Part shown: positions 1 through 9,578 of the stretch, one piece after another
How positions within the stretch are numbered: the stretch's first letter is position 1
Layout of the letters: each line of letters begins with the position of its first letter
Virus record (IMG/VR): IMGVR_UViG_3300032038_000033
Coordinates: 32,001 to 96,000 of that record
DNA from: a virus
Taxonomy: Duplodnaviria; Caudoviricetes
Reading direction: 5' to 3' (one strand)
DNA: 64,000 nucleotides
The notes under the pieces: generated by a model
The model's database searches: none
What the model saw: the letters and a program-made list of their open reading frames with translations, nothing else
What the model was told of the DNA's origin: nothing
Translations under genes and position numbers: made by a program

Positions 1-275
1 CAACTAAATTTTTACATTATGCTGTTTGGCAGAAAGAATGTAATAGAGGTAAAGATAATAGATTTCAAACTCTTAATTATACTGAATATCCAAGGGGTAG
101 GATTTTTGAAATCAAAGATAAAGGCTTTGAAGTTTATGTTGGTAACTGGATAAAAGATTATCCTGAATGTAAAGAATTAATTTTAGATGAATTTCAATTA
201 CCAAGAAATAAAACAGAATTTGTAATTGATATTCATTGGGATTTAGGTCACGGTTGGAGTGACAAAGAATTTTAA
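1..275 (+). CDS. Partial (5'-truncated) hypothetical protein, paralog of the 16123 ORF
   Basis: Frame 3 open to TAA 275: ...LHYAVW...YTEYPRGRIF...FEVYV...DEFQL...EFVIDIHW; same H..W / Y.RGR / F.L / HY pattern as 16123..16545. Confidence 0.7.
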   Translation, partial: TKFLHYAVWQKECNRGKDNRFQTLNYTEYPRGRIFEIKDKGFEVYVGNWIKDYPECKELILDEFQLPRNKTEFVIDIHWDLGHGWSDKEF

Positions 276-294
276 GAAAGGAAAACGCATTACT

Positions 295-795
295 ATGATA
301 ACTATTAAAGAAAATAAAACTAATGAGATTTATGATGATTTATATAACTATGCTGATAGGTATAGATTTACTACAAGATGGACTAAGGATAATGTAGAAA
401 ATTATCTTATAAAAATAAAAAGAATGTATGCTTTATCTGATAAAGAACTTACTGATGTTATTAGTAAAGTAAATAAAGATTTTAAGCGTAAGAATAAAGT
501 CAAGAGTGACCCTTATGCAGAAACTTCTTACAAAACTGAAAAATTAAACATAAGAGAAAATCAATTAAATAAAGGTAGATATTGGGTTACTGATGATAAC
601 TACATTCCAATTCCTGAACAACCAGGTAATGGATATACTCAACTCGGAGCTATTCAAAGAGCACAGAGAGAAGCTGAACAATCAGCTAAATTATTTGGTA
701 AAAGATTTGGTGTTACAATACAAGACGCTGTAAAAGATTATCATATAATGGATAGTGACGGCAATATATGTCACGATTTAGATAATGCTATATAA
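295..795 (+). CDS. Tagged putative head-cargo protein (MITIKE; internal LNIRE)
   Basis: ATG 295 after AGAAAGGA RBS; N-terminal I-x-E tag. Confidence 0.6.
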   Translation: MITIKENKTNEIYDDLYNYADRYRFTTRWTKDNVENYLIKIKRMYALSDKELTDVISKVNKDFKRKNKVKSDPYAETSYKTEKLNIRENQLNKGRYWVTDDNYIPIPEQPGNGYTQLGAIQRAQREAEQSAKLFGKRFGVTIQDAVKDYHIMDSDGNICHDLDNAI

Positions 796-812
796 AGGAG
801 GTTTGATTAGCT

Positions 813-1229
813 ATGAAATTAAGAATTAAGGAATCCATAGATATTATGTCTTTACCTACAAGTGAAAGAGTTGAACTTATGATTAAATTCTGGAATGACC
901 CAAATGTAGTTGGTTCTTTATCTACAGAAAAAGCTATGAGATATTGGGAAAGAAAAGGATTTGACACTTCTAATTATACTTCAGAAGAGTTTAATCGTGT
1001 TTGGGATTTAGCACAAGATGAACTTGACGCAGGTGGTTATGTAGACGAAGAAGATGACTATGAAGAAGATGACTTTGAAGAAGAAATTGAAACCAAAGAA
1101 GATGCTTATAATTGGTTACAAGATAAATTAAGAGAATATGGAAATACATATCATTTTAATAATGAAGATAGATATAAGTTAGATAGGCTTATAGATAAAT
1201 TTGGTAATACTTATTTTTGGAATAGATAA
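813..1229 (+). CDS. Tagged acidic protein (MKLRIKE)
   Basis: Strong RBS; D/E tract; C-terminal module shared with 19668..20294. Confidence 0.7.
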   Translation: MKLRIKESIDIMSLPTSERVELMIKFWNDPNVVGSLSTEKAMRYWERKGFDTSNYTSEEFNRVWDLAQDELDAGGYVDEEDDYEEDDFEEEIETKEDAYNWLQDKLREYGNTYHFNNEDRYKLDRLIDKFGNTYFWNR

Positions 1230-1250
1230 TTGAAGAAAGGTTGATGATTT

Positions 1251-1532
1251 ATGAAATTAAGAATTAATGAAGATACAAGAACTAATGGTTATTATATGGT
1301 ATATTATGGAGGTACTTGGAATCACGGTTCTTATAGGTGTAACACACAAATGGAATTGCGTGAATTTTTATCTTCAAATATATTTGATAGAATTACTAAG
1401 ATAGAATATGTTGTTGATGAAACAAGTAAGTGGAAAGAATTTGCCAATGTATTATATCAAAATGTAGATAGAAATTCTATAAGTGATGAACAGTATGATA
1501 AATTGTTTAATAGAGGTATTGTTGCTAAATAA
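1251..1532 (+). CDS. Tagged small protein (MKLRINE)
   Basis: RBS; N-terminus resembles that of 43841..44347. Confidence 0.7.
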   Translation: MKLRINEDTRTNGYYMVYYGGTWNHGSYRCNTQMELREFLSSNIFDRITKIEYVVDETSKWKEFANVLYQNVDRNSISDEQYDKLFNRGIVAK

Positions 1533-1568
1533 ATAAATTTGGTAATACTTATTTTTATAATAGATAAT
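1533..1568 (+). repeat. Direct-repeat remnant of the 3' end of ORF 813..1229
   Basis: ATAAATTTGGTAATACTTATTTTT at 1195 and 1533; third related copy near 20265. Confidence 0.8.
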
Positions 1569-1591
1569 ATAATGAAAGGATTTAATTTACT

Positions 1592-2899
1592 ATGAAATTA
1601 CAAATTAAAGAATCTGATGATAAAATAACTGCTAAAAATTTTCAAGAACTTATAGATAAACTTGAAGCACACGGTTATTCTTGTGAACACTATTATGATG
1701 TAGATTATCCTGATAGTAATTGGCTTTATATTACTAAAAATGGCGACCCTTATGAAGCAGAGTTTTATAAATATCGTGATGGTGAGTACGAGTTATATTT
1801 ACATAATATTCATCCTACAAAAGAAAAATCTTATAATGAATCTTATGATAGTGATTATACTTATGAAGATAGATATGAACGTATAAAAAGTAAATCTATA
1901 CTTGATTTTGACGGTTTTTATACCGATTATACTATGTATTACGATAATGAAGAAGATAGGTTTATATTTATATTCGGTGATAATGATTTATATGACCCAT
2001 ATAATTCTGAACCTGATTGGGAATGTGAAACAGAGGAAGAAGCCGAAGATTGGTATAACGATTATAACGGTTTTGAAGATGAATTAGATGAAAGACTTAT
2101 CACTATCAAGGAAAAGATTTCAGATAATGATTATTCTCAATCTAAGAAAGGTAAAGCATATAAAGTTTTTAAAGTTAAAAATGGAAAACTTTATCCGCCT
2201 ATGGTAGCAAATCCTGGTGGTGAAGATACTCCTTTAGGTGTTTGGCTTGATGCAGAAGAAGGTGAATTTGCTGGTTTATCTAAGACAGGTAGAAAGCAAG
2301 TTAAATCTACTGGTAGTGGTAATTTAGCGTATCGTCCTGGTTGGCATTTAGGTGATGTTCCGAGAGCTAAACAGTTTGATAGGTCTTTTGGTTGGGAAAT
2401 AGTTGATAATGTAAATGAAGATGAAGTTATAAAAACAATAAACAACTATACAACATTCGTAAATAGTTACGCTAAAGCTGGTAATGTAGGCAATATATAT
2501 TTTATTAAAGATATAGATAAATATGTTCAAGTAACTAATGATAATGCACCTTATTTCCCATATGATTTTGTTTGGGCTGAATGTGAATATGTAATGGATA
2601 TTGACTATCAAGGTGAAGCTGATGAACAAGGTTATATGAGAACTAAAGCAGACGGTTCTACTTATAGAAGTGACAAATATCAACACTCTCTTGCAGGTTT
2701 ACCTAAATTACCTAAGAATGGTTATTATAAGTATAGGACTAATCCTAATCCTGATACAGTTCCTTGGGTAATTACAGGTGCTATCAAAGTTACTAAACTT
2801 CTTGATGATTATGATGTAGCTAAAATTTTGGGTGGTAATGCACCTGAAAGACAGGGTGGAGATAAGACATTAGCAGAACTTGGTCTTAAACAGATATAA
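1592..2899 (+). CDS. Tagged multi-module protein (MKLQIKE); C-terminal AYKVF/LAYRPGWH domain
   Basis: Acidic N-terminal modules, internal tag-like ITIKE, then KAYKVF..GKLYPPM..LAYRPGWH..VWAECE..GYYKYRTNP. Confidence 0.7.
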   Translation: MKLQIKESDDKITAKNFQELIDKLEAHGYSCEHYYDVDYPDSNWLYITKNGDPYEAEFYKYRDGEYELYLHNIHPTKEKSYNESYDSDYTYEDRYERIKSKSILDFDGFYTDYTMYYDNEEDRFIFIFGDNDLYDPYNSEPDWECETEEEAEDWYNDYNGFEDELDERLITIKEKISDNDYSQSKKGKAYKVFKVKNGKLYPPMVANPGGEDTPLGVWLDAEEGEFAGLSKTGRKQVKSTGSGNLAYRPGWHLGDVPRAKQFDRSFGWEIVDNVNEDEVIKTINNYTTFVNSYAKAGNVGNIYFIKDIDKYVQVTNDNAPYFPYDFVWAECEYVMDIDYQGEADEQGYMRTKADGSTYRSDKYQHSLAGLPKLPKNGYYKYRTNPNPDTVPWVITGAIKVTKLLDDYDVAKILGGNAPERQGGDKTLAELGLKQI

Positions 2900-3009
2900 T
2901 ATGTTTAATAAAATTTATACTTTGTTTACTTAATTATAATACTATATTAAAATATATAGTGTATTATTATTGTAAACAAAGTATATTTTTTATATAAGGA
3001 ATGATATAA

Positions 3010-3660
3010 ATGAAACTAACAATTAAAGAAGAACGTGAAATCTTAGAGGAATTAGGTGATTTAGACTATGAAGATGAAAATTTTGATAATGATATAGCGG
3101 AACAATTCTATAATGACATATTAACTGTATTAAATGATATTATAAACACATCTGATATAGTTAAAGAAAATTTTATTTCATCTAAATGCACTAATGACCA
3201 TTATAGAAAACATTGTTTATATAATGTTGAAAATAGACGTTCTACTACTAATAGAGTTTATTATGACTTCACGAATAAAAATCAATATATTGAATATGAA
3301 AAACAGATATCATATCTATCCTCCCATACAGATTATGAAATAACAACTTTGTATGATTATGATTTGATTATAAGATATATAAGAAAATTATTTGAGGGTG
3401 GAATAACTCTTAATTTTACAAATAGTTGTGGGTTAAGAAATAATGATGGTAGAATAAATATGACTTTACATTCGTTTGCTACTAATGTAACAGAAAACTA
3501 TCAAAAAGGTAATACTATTGATATATGTATTAAATCTACAAGAGATAAGACAATAACTTTATACCCTGTAGATGCACATAAATTAGAAAACAAATTTAAT
3601 TCGATTATAAGGTGTTATGGCAATTATATTGGAAATAATATTAAATTCAATAATGATTAA
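3010..3660 (+). CDS. Tagged protein (MKLTIKE) with possible toxin-RNase-like domain
   Basis: After IVKE: NFISS...HYRKHC motif reminiscent of F.S...H..KH polymorphic-toxin RNases. Confidence 0.45.
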   Translation: MKLTIKEEREILEELGDLDYEDENFDNDIAEQFYNDILTVLNDIINTSDIVKENFISSKCTNDHYRKHCLYNVENRRSTTNRVYYDFTNKNQYIEYEKQISYLSSHTDYEITTLYDYDLIIRYIRKLFEGGITLNFTNSCGLRNNDGRINMTLHSFATNVTENYQKGNTIDICIKSTRDKTITLYPVDAHKLENKFNSIIRCYGNYIGNNIKFNND

Positions 3661-3667
3661 ATTCTAA

Positions 3668-3753
3668 CTTTAACAATTTATTTACAATAATAATAAACTT
3701 TTATAACATTTATCTGTTATACTATATTATAGTAAAGAACAGATAAATGTTAT
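3668..3753 (+). promoter_or_regulatory. Dyad-box / extended -10 promoter overlapped by a perfect 16-bp inverted repeat
   Basis: TTTAA-N7-TTTACA(3681), 31 nt, TATACT(3718); ATAACATTTATCTGTT 3703-3718 / AACAGATAAATGTTAT 3738-3753. Confidence 0.75.
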
Positions 3754-3825
3754 TTTTTTTTATGCTTAGATTAAAATAGAGAAACATTATCCTGAATATT
3801 TGAGTGATGATAAGGAATGGTTTAA

Positions 3826-4959
3826 ATGAAACAGTTTAAAACAGATATGAAATTTGATGAAGAGAAATTTATGAAATCTTTATATTTCTATCCGAATAAT
3901 ATAGAGCCTTTTCCTATTCAAAGGATTAATTGGCTTCATAAACTTCTTGTATGTACAAAATCTGTCTTTAGTAAACTTAAAATAAAATGCACTGGTGACG
4001 GATATTTAGATAAACTTACTTCTCTTGAATTTACTGATAGCCTTATTTATGACGCAATGAAAGATGAACTAAATAGCTATATTTATGATGATAGTATGAG
4101 TTTTGGAGTTGAAGATTTAAATACTTTCTATAAAAGTGCCGCATATAACATCACCTTAATGTATAACTGGAATATATATAAGCAAGTTTATAGATTTGAT
4201 AAAGATACTTTTAATCTACTAATGAATGTTAATATAGATAAAGTGCCTTTTGATATCATAAAGAATAATCTGCCCTATCCTGCATTTTTCATTGACAATA
4301 CATTTAAATCTACTGTAAGTGGAATTGTTTTTAGAGGTTGTTTCGTATCACTACTTAATATGTTTAATGGTTTAGAGCTTTGTTTATTCTTTATAACAGA
4401 TACTCCCGAAAGTGATTACCAATACGCTTTTTTACCTTTATATTTTAAAGAAGATGATTTGACAATCAAAGAAGCCTTAATAAAAAGAAATGAAGTTTAT
4501 GAAGTAGATTGTGATGAATCTATTTTGAAAGATGCTGAAGGTCTTGTTTCACAAGCATTAAAAGCTATAATTTATATTTGTTCTGCGAATAGAGAAATAG
4601 AAACCATAAAGGTAACAGTTAATGATAATGAAAATAAGAAAAATAAGAAAAATAAGAAAAATAAGAATAAAAAGCCTAAAACAGTTACACAGAACAATGT
4701 CGGCTATAAAATGGGTGCTGCGATTAGATTAAATAAAAAGAATTATGTATATGTAGACGAAGAAGGAAATACAATTGATAATAAGAATAAAGGAAATCAT
4801 AGTAAAAAATCACCACATCTAAGAATGGGTCACTATCATCATTATTGGATTGGTTCAAAAGATAAACCCGAAGAAAGAAAACTTGTTTTAAAATATGTTG
4901 CACCTATTTTTATCAATTCCACAGACATTAAAGATACTACATTACACAATGTAAAATAA
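3826..4959 (+). CDS. AcrVA2/FinQ-like protein (putative anti-defence)
   Basis: W..YKQVYRFD..L..LPYPAFF and C-terminal PHLRMGHYHHYWIG..LKYVAPIFIN motifs; internal (NKK)n repeat. Confidence 0.6.
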   Translation: MKQFKTDMKFDEEKFMKSLYFYPNNIEPFPIQRINWLHKLLVCTKSVFSKLKIKCTGDGYLDKLTSLEFTDSLIYDAMKDELNSYIYDDSMSFGVEDLNTFYKSAAYNITLMYNWNIYKQVYRFDKDTFNLLMNVNIDKVPFDIIKNNLPYPAFFIDNTFKSTVSGIVFRGCFVSLLNMFNGLELCLFFITDTPESDYQYAFLPLYFKEDDLTIKEALIKRNEVYEVDCDESILKDAEGLVSQALKAIIYICSANREIETIKVTVNDNENKKNKKNKKNKNKKPKTVTQNNVGYKMGAAIRLNKKNYVYVDEEGNTIDNKNKGNHSKKSPHLRMGHYHHYWIGSKDKPEERKLVLKYVAPIFINSTDIKDTTLHNVK

Positions 4960-4965
4960 ACAGTT

Positions 4966-5019
4966 AAAAAAATATCCTTACACATAAATTCAAAAGTTTT
5001 AGCGTGTAAGGATTTTTTT
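4966..5019 (+). terminator. Intrinsic terminator
   Basis: ATCCTTACAC / GTGTAAGGAT stem followed by T-run. Confidence 0.6.
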
Positions 5020-5364
5020 AATTATTATTATTTGTGTCTATGTTCTTTCCCATATTGTTATATGTAGAAATTGTTTGGATTGACATCTATTTTATGTAGC
5101 ACTGTACACTGTAGTGTAAGTAGAACCACATAATATATTTTCAAGAAATTTATTGAATTAATTATGTAAATGATTTAATTACGTTCATAATTATGAATAC
5201 TTGTTAATTCTTTAAATACTTTGTACAAATAGAATATTCATTTTTTGTTTAAACACACAAAATTTATTTTATTGTCAAATTTACTGTTGATAAATAGTAC
5301 AAAATATGTTATACTTATAATAGAGAAATACTTTTGTTTTCAATGCTTTTTTGAGGTGTTTATT

Positions 5365-6045
5365 ATGGCGTTAAATTTTAAACAAACCGAAGAAGAATTA
5401 ACTAAATTAGTTAATGAAAATAGAAATAATCCTGAAATATATAAGAAATTACACGCTATTACATTTAATTATTTATATAATGTATTAAAACCCGGTAGTG
5501 AATTATATGATTATGATACCATAGCTTGTGATATTGCCGCAGATTTATTTTTAAGAATTAGAAAAGGAGCTAAAATAGAATATTGGCTTAACTACATATC
5601 AAGAACATTGAAAATGTATTATTTAAGAGATTACCAGAAGAAAAATTGGTCTGTTGTTATAGATACGACTGGAAGCGCAACATTAGAAGAAGCTCTTAAA
5701 CAATGTTTTATAGATAATTCAACTAATTCAAGTCCTATAAATAATTCTCTTAATATTATATACTTAGAACAGTTTGAAAAAATACTTAATAAAGTTTTAT
5801 ACAATAGTAAGTTTAACTTTAATAGTAAAGAACGAGTTAATTTACAGATTTCAATATTACTTACTTTATTAAAGGGTGAAAATACTTATTTTCATATAGA
5901 AGAATATCTTTATCCCTATATACCTATTATTATAGCACAATTAAAAACAGAAATAATAAACTCAGGCTTATTTATAGAAGATAATATATTAAGTACATTA
6001 GAATTAGACCCATTAAATATAAATGATAATTTGGAAGAAAATTAA
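5365..6045 (+). CDS. Hypothetical protein, possible divergent sigma-factor-like region 2
   Basis: DIAADLFLRI...WLNYISRTLK..LRDYQKK loosely matches sigma-70 region 2; start moved to ATG after GAGGTG. Confidence 0.35.
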   Translation: MALNFKQTEEELTKLVNENRNNPEIYKKLHAITFNYLYNVLKPGSELYDYDTIACDIAADLFLRIRKGAKIEYWLNYISRTLKMYYLRDYQKKNWSVVIDTTGSATLEEALKQCFIDNSTNSSPINNSLNIIYLEQFEKILNKVLYNSKFNFNSKERVNLQISILLTLLKGENTYFHIEEYLYPYIPIIIAQLKTEIINSGLFIEDNILSTLELDPLNINDNLEEN

Positions 6046-6060
6046 AAGTGGAGGCGCACA

Positions 6061-6441
6061 ATGACTTCTGATAAAGATTTATATAAACTTAAACAGCCCG
6101 ATATATATTCTTTAATCTGTGAATTATTATTTGTTCTTAAAGATAACCCAAAATATTCTATTATAAGTGAATTAGCATTTATCTTAGAGAGAGATTCTTT
6201 TATAAAGTTTATAAAATATTTTGGAGGTATGACAATAACAATTCCTAAAGAAGAAGAGTTTAAAGATGTTATACAATTATTATTATTATATCAAGCCGTT
6301 GAAATAGATAAAATGCCTTGGCGAAAGGCCTTAGATGATTGTGGTATTGATATTGATAAATCCCGTTCTATGCAAAGAAAATTAGCTATTTTAAAGAAAA
6401 CATTATCAGATTATAGGGTAGGTGAGCGAAACTATGATTGA
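6061..6441 (+). CDS. Mor/C-family transcription activator-like protein
   Basis: FIKYFGGMTITIPK matches the Mor-family FGG..IYIP signature; 126 aa. Confidence 0.55.
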   Translation: MTSDKDLYKLKQPDIYSLICELLFVLKDNPKYSIISELAFILERDSFIKFIKYFGGMTITIPKEEEFKDVIQLLLLYQAVEIDKMPWRKALDDCGIDIDKSRSMQRKLAILKKTLSDYRVGERNYD

Positions 6442-6796
6442 TAGACTTATAAGCCCCGAACAATTAAATTTCACAAATGAGTGTTTAACTATGTATAAAG
6501 AGTTTTGTGAACCTACAAATAGAGAACAATTATTTACTAATTGTGTAAAAGAAAGATTAAATAACCTACTTATTGATAATACAAATAGAATAGATTCTAT
6601 TTTAAGTGAATTTGAACAATTTACTGACAATCTTATTAGGGATGATATTGGATTTAATAGATGTGAGAATTATAATAGAATGATTAAGGAAAAGAATAAA
6701 TCAAGTATTTTTTACATGAGAAAACTTTTCAATACATATAATAAATCGTGTAGAATGTCAACAATAATGCTTAAACGTCTTGTGAAATCATTGTGA
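6434..6796 (+). CDS. Hypothetical protein
   Basis: Tightly coupled ORF in operon. Confidence 0.6.
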   Translation: MIDRLISPEQLNFTNECLTMYKEFCEPTNREQLFTNCVKERLNNLLIDNTNRIDSILSEFEQFTDNLIRDDIGFNRCENYNRMIKEKNKSSIFYMRKLFNTYNKSCRMSTIMLKRLVKSL

Positions 6797-6809
6797 GGTG
6801 TGTTTTGAT

Positions 6810-7226
6810 ATGCGTAAACCAGGAACTATTTTATCACCAGAGTGTAAAAGTTATGCCGAAGATATAGAAACTATTTCAGGTGTGCCAAAAGATATATCGT
6901 TACAATTATTAAGACTTATTGAAGGTTTGGTTTGTCAGAGAATATGTGAACAAGTACAGGAAAATAAGAAAAATGACACAAATTTACCGATAAATGTAGA
7001 AATTCCGTTGATTGGAAATTTAATAATAACTGCACAGACATGGCATAAACATCATCTTAGAACAGATAAGCCGTCAACTCACTTTAATTTTGAATTTAAA
7101 CCATTATCCACATTCAAAACACATATAAGCAAGATATATAATAAAGACGAATGTGAATTAATATCGCTTTTATCAGAATCTTATGCAAAAATATTAGTAG
7201 ACACCTATAAAAATCTGTTGCAATAA
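6810..7226 (+). CDS. HU/IHF-like DNA-binding protein (divergent)
   Basis: VEIPLIGNL ... FEFKPLSTFK pattern resembles HU V.I.G.G.F ... F.P...LK. Confidence 0.45.
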   Translation: MRKPGTILSPECKSYAEDIETISGVPKDISLQLLRLIEGLVCQRICEQVQENKKNDTNLPINVEIPLIGNLIITAQTWHKHHLRTDKPSTHFNFEFKPLSTFKTHISKIYNKDECELISLLSESYAKILVDTYKNLLQ

Positions 7227-7243
7227 GTTTTTAGGGGGAAATT

Positions 7244-7783
7244 ATGATAATGCCAGAACAAATTGTGACTAAAGAAAACTATTCACCTTTAAATGAGATG
7301 CGATTATTGTCTAATAATCAATTACATGACAACAGTTTAGCTCAATTGAACGGTAAAGATACAGAAAATCAAGCCAAATTGTTTTTAATTGCTCAGGCAA
7401 GGAATGAATTACAAAGAATAGTTAAAATGACGCAGTATTTAGATAATTTAGAAGATAAATTTATGAATGTTGTGAATCAAAAGCTCATTGAACAGCCTTG
7501 TAATCTAAATCTTATAATGACAGCTATGGATATTACGCAACAATCACTCAAACGTTCTAATGATTTAGTAAATGCTATACTTAAAGATAATTCTTTACAG
7601 ACATTAGTATTAAATACTGTTAATATAATTCCTGGTGTTGAAGATAGTGCTACTATTGATATGAGTTCGAGAGAATCTATAAGAAATGTAGCATCTAATC
7701 TACTGGCACAGTTAAAAAGCAAAGAAAATGAAATTGTTGAAGTTAATGACGAAGAAATAAAGGAAGTAGATAAGAGTGAATAG
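7244..7783 (+). CDS. Hypothetical coiled-coil protein
   Basis: ORF with RBS. Confidence 0.6.
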   Translation: MIMPEQIVTKENYSPLNEMRLLSNNQLHDNSLAQLNGKDTENQAKLFLIAQARNELQRIVKMTQYLDNLEDKFMNVVNQKLIEQPCNLNLIMTAMDITQQSLKRSNDLVNAILKDNSLQTLVLNTVNIIPGVEDSATIDMSSRESIRNVASNLLAQLKSKENEIVEVNDEEIKEVDKSE

Positions 7784-8159
7784 TAAATTTTTATTTTTAG
7801 ATAAAGAAACTTCTAATGTAGTTAATCCAATTAAGGCTGATTTTAAAATAGATGGCTCTTTTAATACATTAGAAGGTTATACTAATACTGGAATAACTAA
7901 AACATACGATGTAGAAAATGAACTTATATGTTTATCTAACTATATATTTGTTCCTAATGTTGGAAAAGTATATGAAGGTGATAAAATAAGACTTAAAGAA
8001 GATAGTGCCGAAGAATATACATTAGGTTTTGGTTGGTATAATACAAATGAGGGTTTAGATTTATACGGTTGGTATCTATATAGTAATAATGTTGTAAAGC
8101 CATTTTACAAAAGTTATATAGATACATTGACTGTTGTTAAGTTTACATTCAATAAATAG
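7776..8159 (+). CDS. Hypothetical protein
   Basis: Overlapping ORF in operon. Confidence 0.6.
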   Translation: MNSKFLFLDKETSNVVNPIKADFKIDGSFNTLEGYTNTGITKTYDVENELICLSNYIFVPNVGKVYEGDKIRLKEDSAEEYTLGFGWYNTNEGLDLYGWYLYSNNVVKPFYKSYIDTLTVVKFTFNK

Positions 8160-8263
8160 TAAATATGGGCTTTTAACATAGTTTTTAGCTAAATAAATGG
8201 AGGCGTTTGGCTACAACTAATATTATGGTAAAAGCCCTTATTTTATATTGAGGTGAAAGATAA

Positions 8264-8683
8264 ATGAAAGCTTATAATAATTTAGGTCTACCTATTATAT
8301 TATCAGATGAACCCAAATATAAGTCTGATTCAAAAGTAATGCCAACAATGTTTTTAATATTGGGTACTGCTACTATAATGGTAGATTTTCAATATACTTG
8401 TGTTCTTAAAAAAGGTCATTCAAATGATAATTCTAAGAAAGTATTATCAAGTGCTACTGATATAGAACAGAGAGTTACAAGTTATACCATTTATGTTGCT
8501 GGTAGTAATAGAGCATTGGTAAATCAAGTTTATTCTACAAATGGTGTGGCTTTAAGTGTTGCATTTAAAGCTGCCTACGGTGAACTGAGTGGTATATATG
8601 ACGCTGCTGTAAGTAAATTACAAGCAAGTATAAGTGAATTTGATACAGTAATTTGGCGTTGTGATAATACAACAAAAGCATAA
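8264..8683 (+). CDS. Hypothetical protein (possibly late)
   Basis: GAGGTG RBS; ACAACTAATATT motif upstream at about 8213. Confidence 0.6.
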   Translation: MKAYNNLGLPIILSDEPKYKSDSKVMPTMFLILGTATIMVDFQYTCVLKKGHSNDNSKKVLSSATDIEQRVTSYTIYVAGSNRALVNQVYSTNGVALSVAFKAAYGELSGIYDAAVSKLQASISEFDTVIWRCDNTTKA

Positions 8684-8700
8684 CATATAGAAGAGGGTGA

Positions 8701-9288
8701 ATGATTTTGATTTCAGAAAAATTGAACAAAACAAAATATATTATAACAGAATGGGAACAAATAAGATATATACCTAATATAAAGGTTAATGGCATAACAT
8801 ATAGTTTGGTTCTTAATTGTATTCGAGATGAAGAATATATTTGTAAGACATTATCAATAATTAAGTCACCTGAAAAAATATATTCAGATACGCTATACAC
8901 ATTTATAGTTGAAACTACAAAATATGATGAAAATATTATATTGCTTAGTAAACAAGAAATAATTAATATAATAAACTCATTTGGTTTTAAAATAGAGTGG
9001 GCTAATCAAATTAAACTTAGTAGCAAAGAATATGATATACTTTGTAGCTTATTTAGACTTGGATATAATTATGTACAAAGATTAAGATATTCAGAACCTG
9101 TAGATGAAACTTATTTGGCTTGTACTGAAAACGTATTAAGCACTTATGCGTCTACTTTTAAACCTAAGAAAATGCAGGATATATGTAATATAGAAATATC
9201 CAAGAATGATTTTAAATGGATTGAAACTGAACAATATATTTCTATACCTACTATTATAGGAATAAATATAAGAGGTGCTAAATGTTAA
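8701..9288 (+). CDS. Hypothetical protein
   Basis: ORF with RBS. Confidence 0.6.
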   Translation: MILISEKLNKTKYIITEWEQIRYIPNIKVNGITYSLVLNCIRDEEYICKTLSIIKSPEKIYSDTLYTFIVETTKYDENIILLSKQEIINIINSFGFKIEWANQIKLSSKEYDILCSLFRLGYNYVQRLRYSEPVDETYLACTENVLSTYASTFKPKKMQDICNIEISKNDFKWIETEQYISIPTIIGINIRGAKC

Positions 9289-9578
9289 AATTATTTAGAA
9301 TTGAGTTAAAACAATCTCCAAATTCTGAAACTTTATTACCTAAGAATTGCTCTCCTATGGTGACATATGTAGTAGCGCCTACAATGGATAGCGCACATAT
9401 AGCTTTATTAAATGCTTATAAAGATGATATTGCAAATGGTGATATTTCTGAATCAGATATAAATATTGATACATTAACAGTTATAGCTTCCGAGGATAAT
9501 CAAATATTCCAATCTAATTTTTATAGATTAGTTGATTATAGGAATATTAGTGATAAGGAGAATGATAACAATGAGTAA
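9282..9578 (+). CDS. Hypothetical protein
   Basis: ORF with RBS. Confidence 0.55.
   Translation: MLKLFRIELKQSPNSETLLPKNCSPMVTYVVAPTMDSAHIALLNAYKDDIANGDISESDINIDTLTVIASEDNQIFQSNFYRLVDYRNISDKENDNNE

Noticed and set aside
4632-4675. AATAAGAAA tandem repeat as a regulatory or contingency locus
   Set aside because: In-frame 9-bp unit encoding a low-complexity NKK linker; copy-number change would not shift frame.
5020-5340. Replication origin in the long AT-rich intergenic region
   Set aside because: No iterons or DnaA-box cluster visible; AT content is not distinctive in this genome.
8701-9288. MILISE as a member of the tagged cargo family
   Set aside because: Only a partial match, lacking the K/R/N before Glu, and the protein is not acidic; left out of the count.
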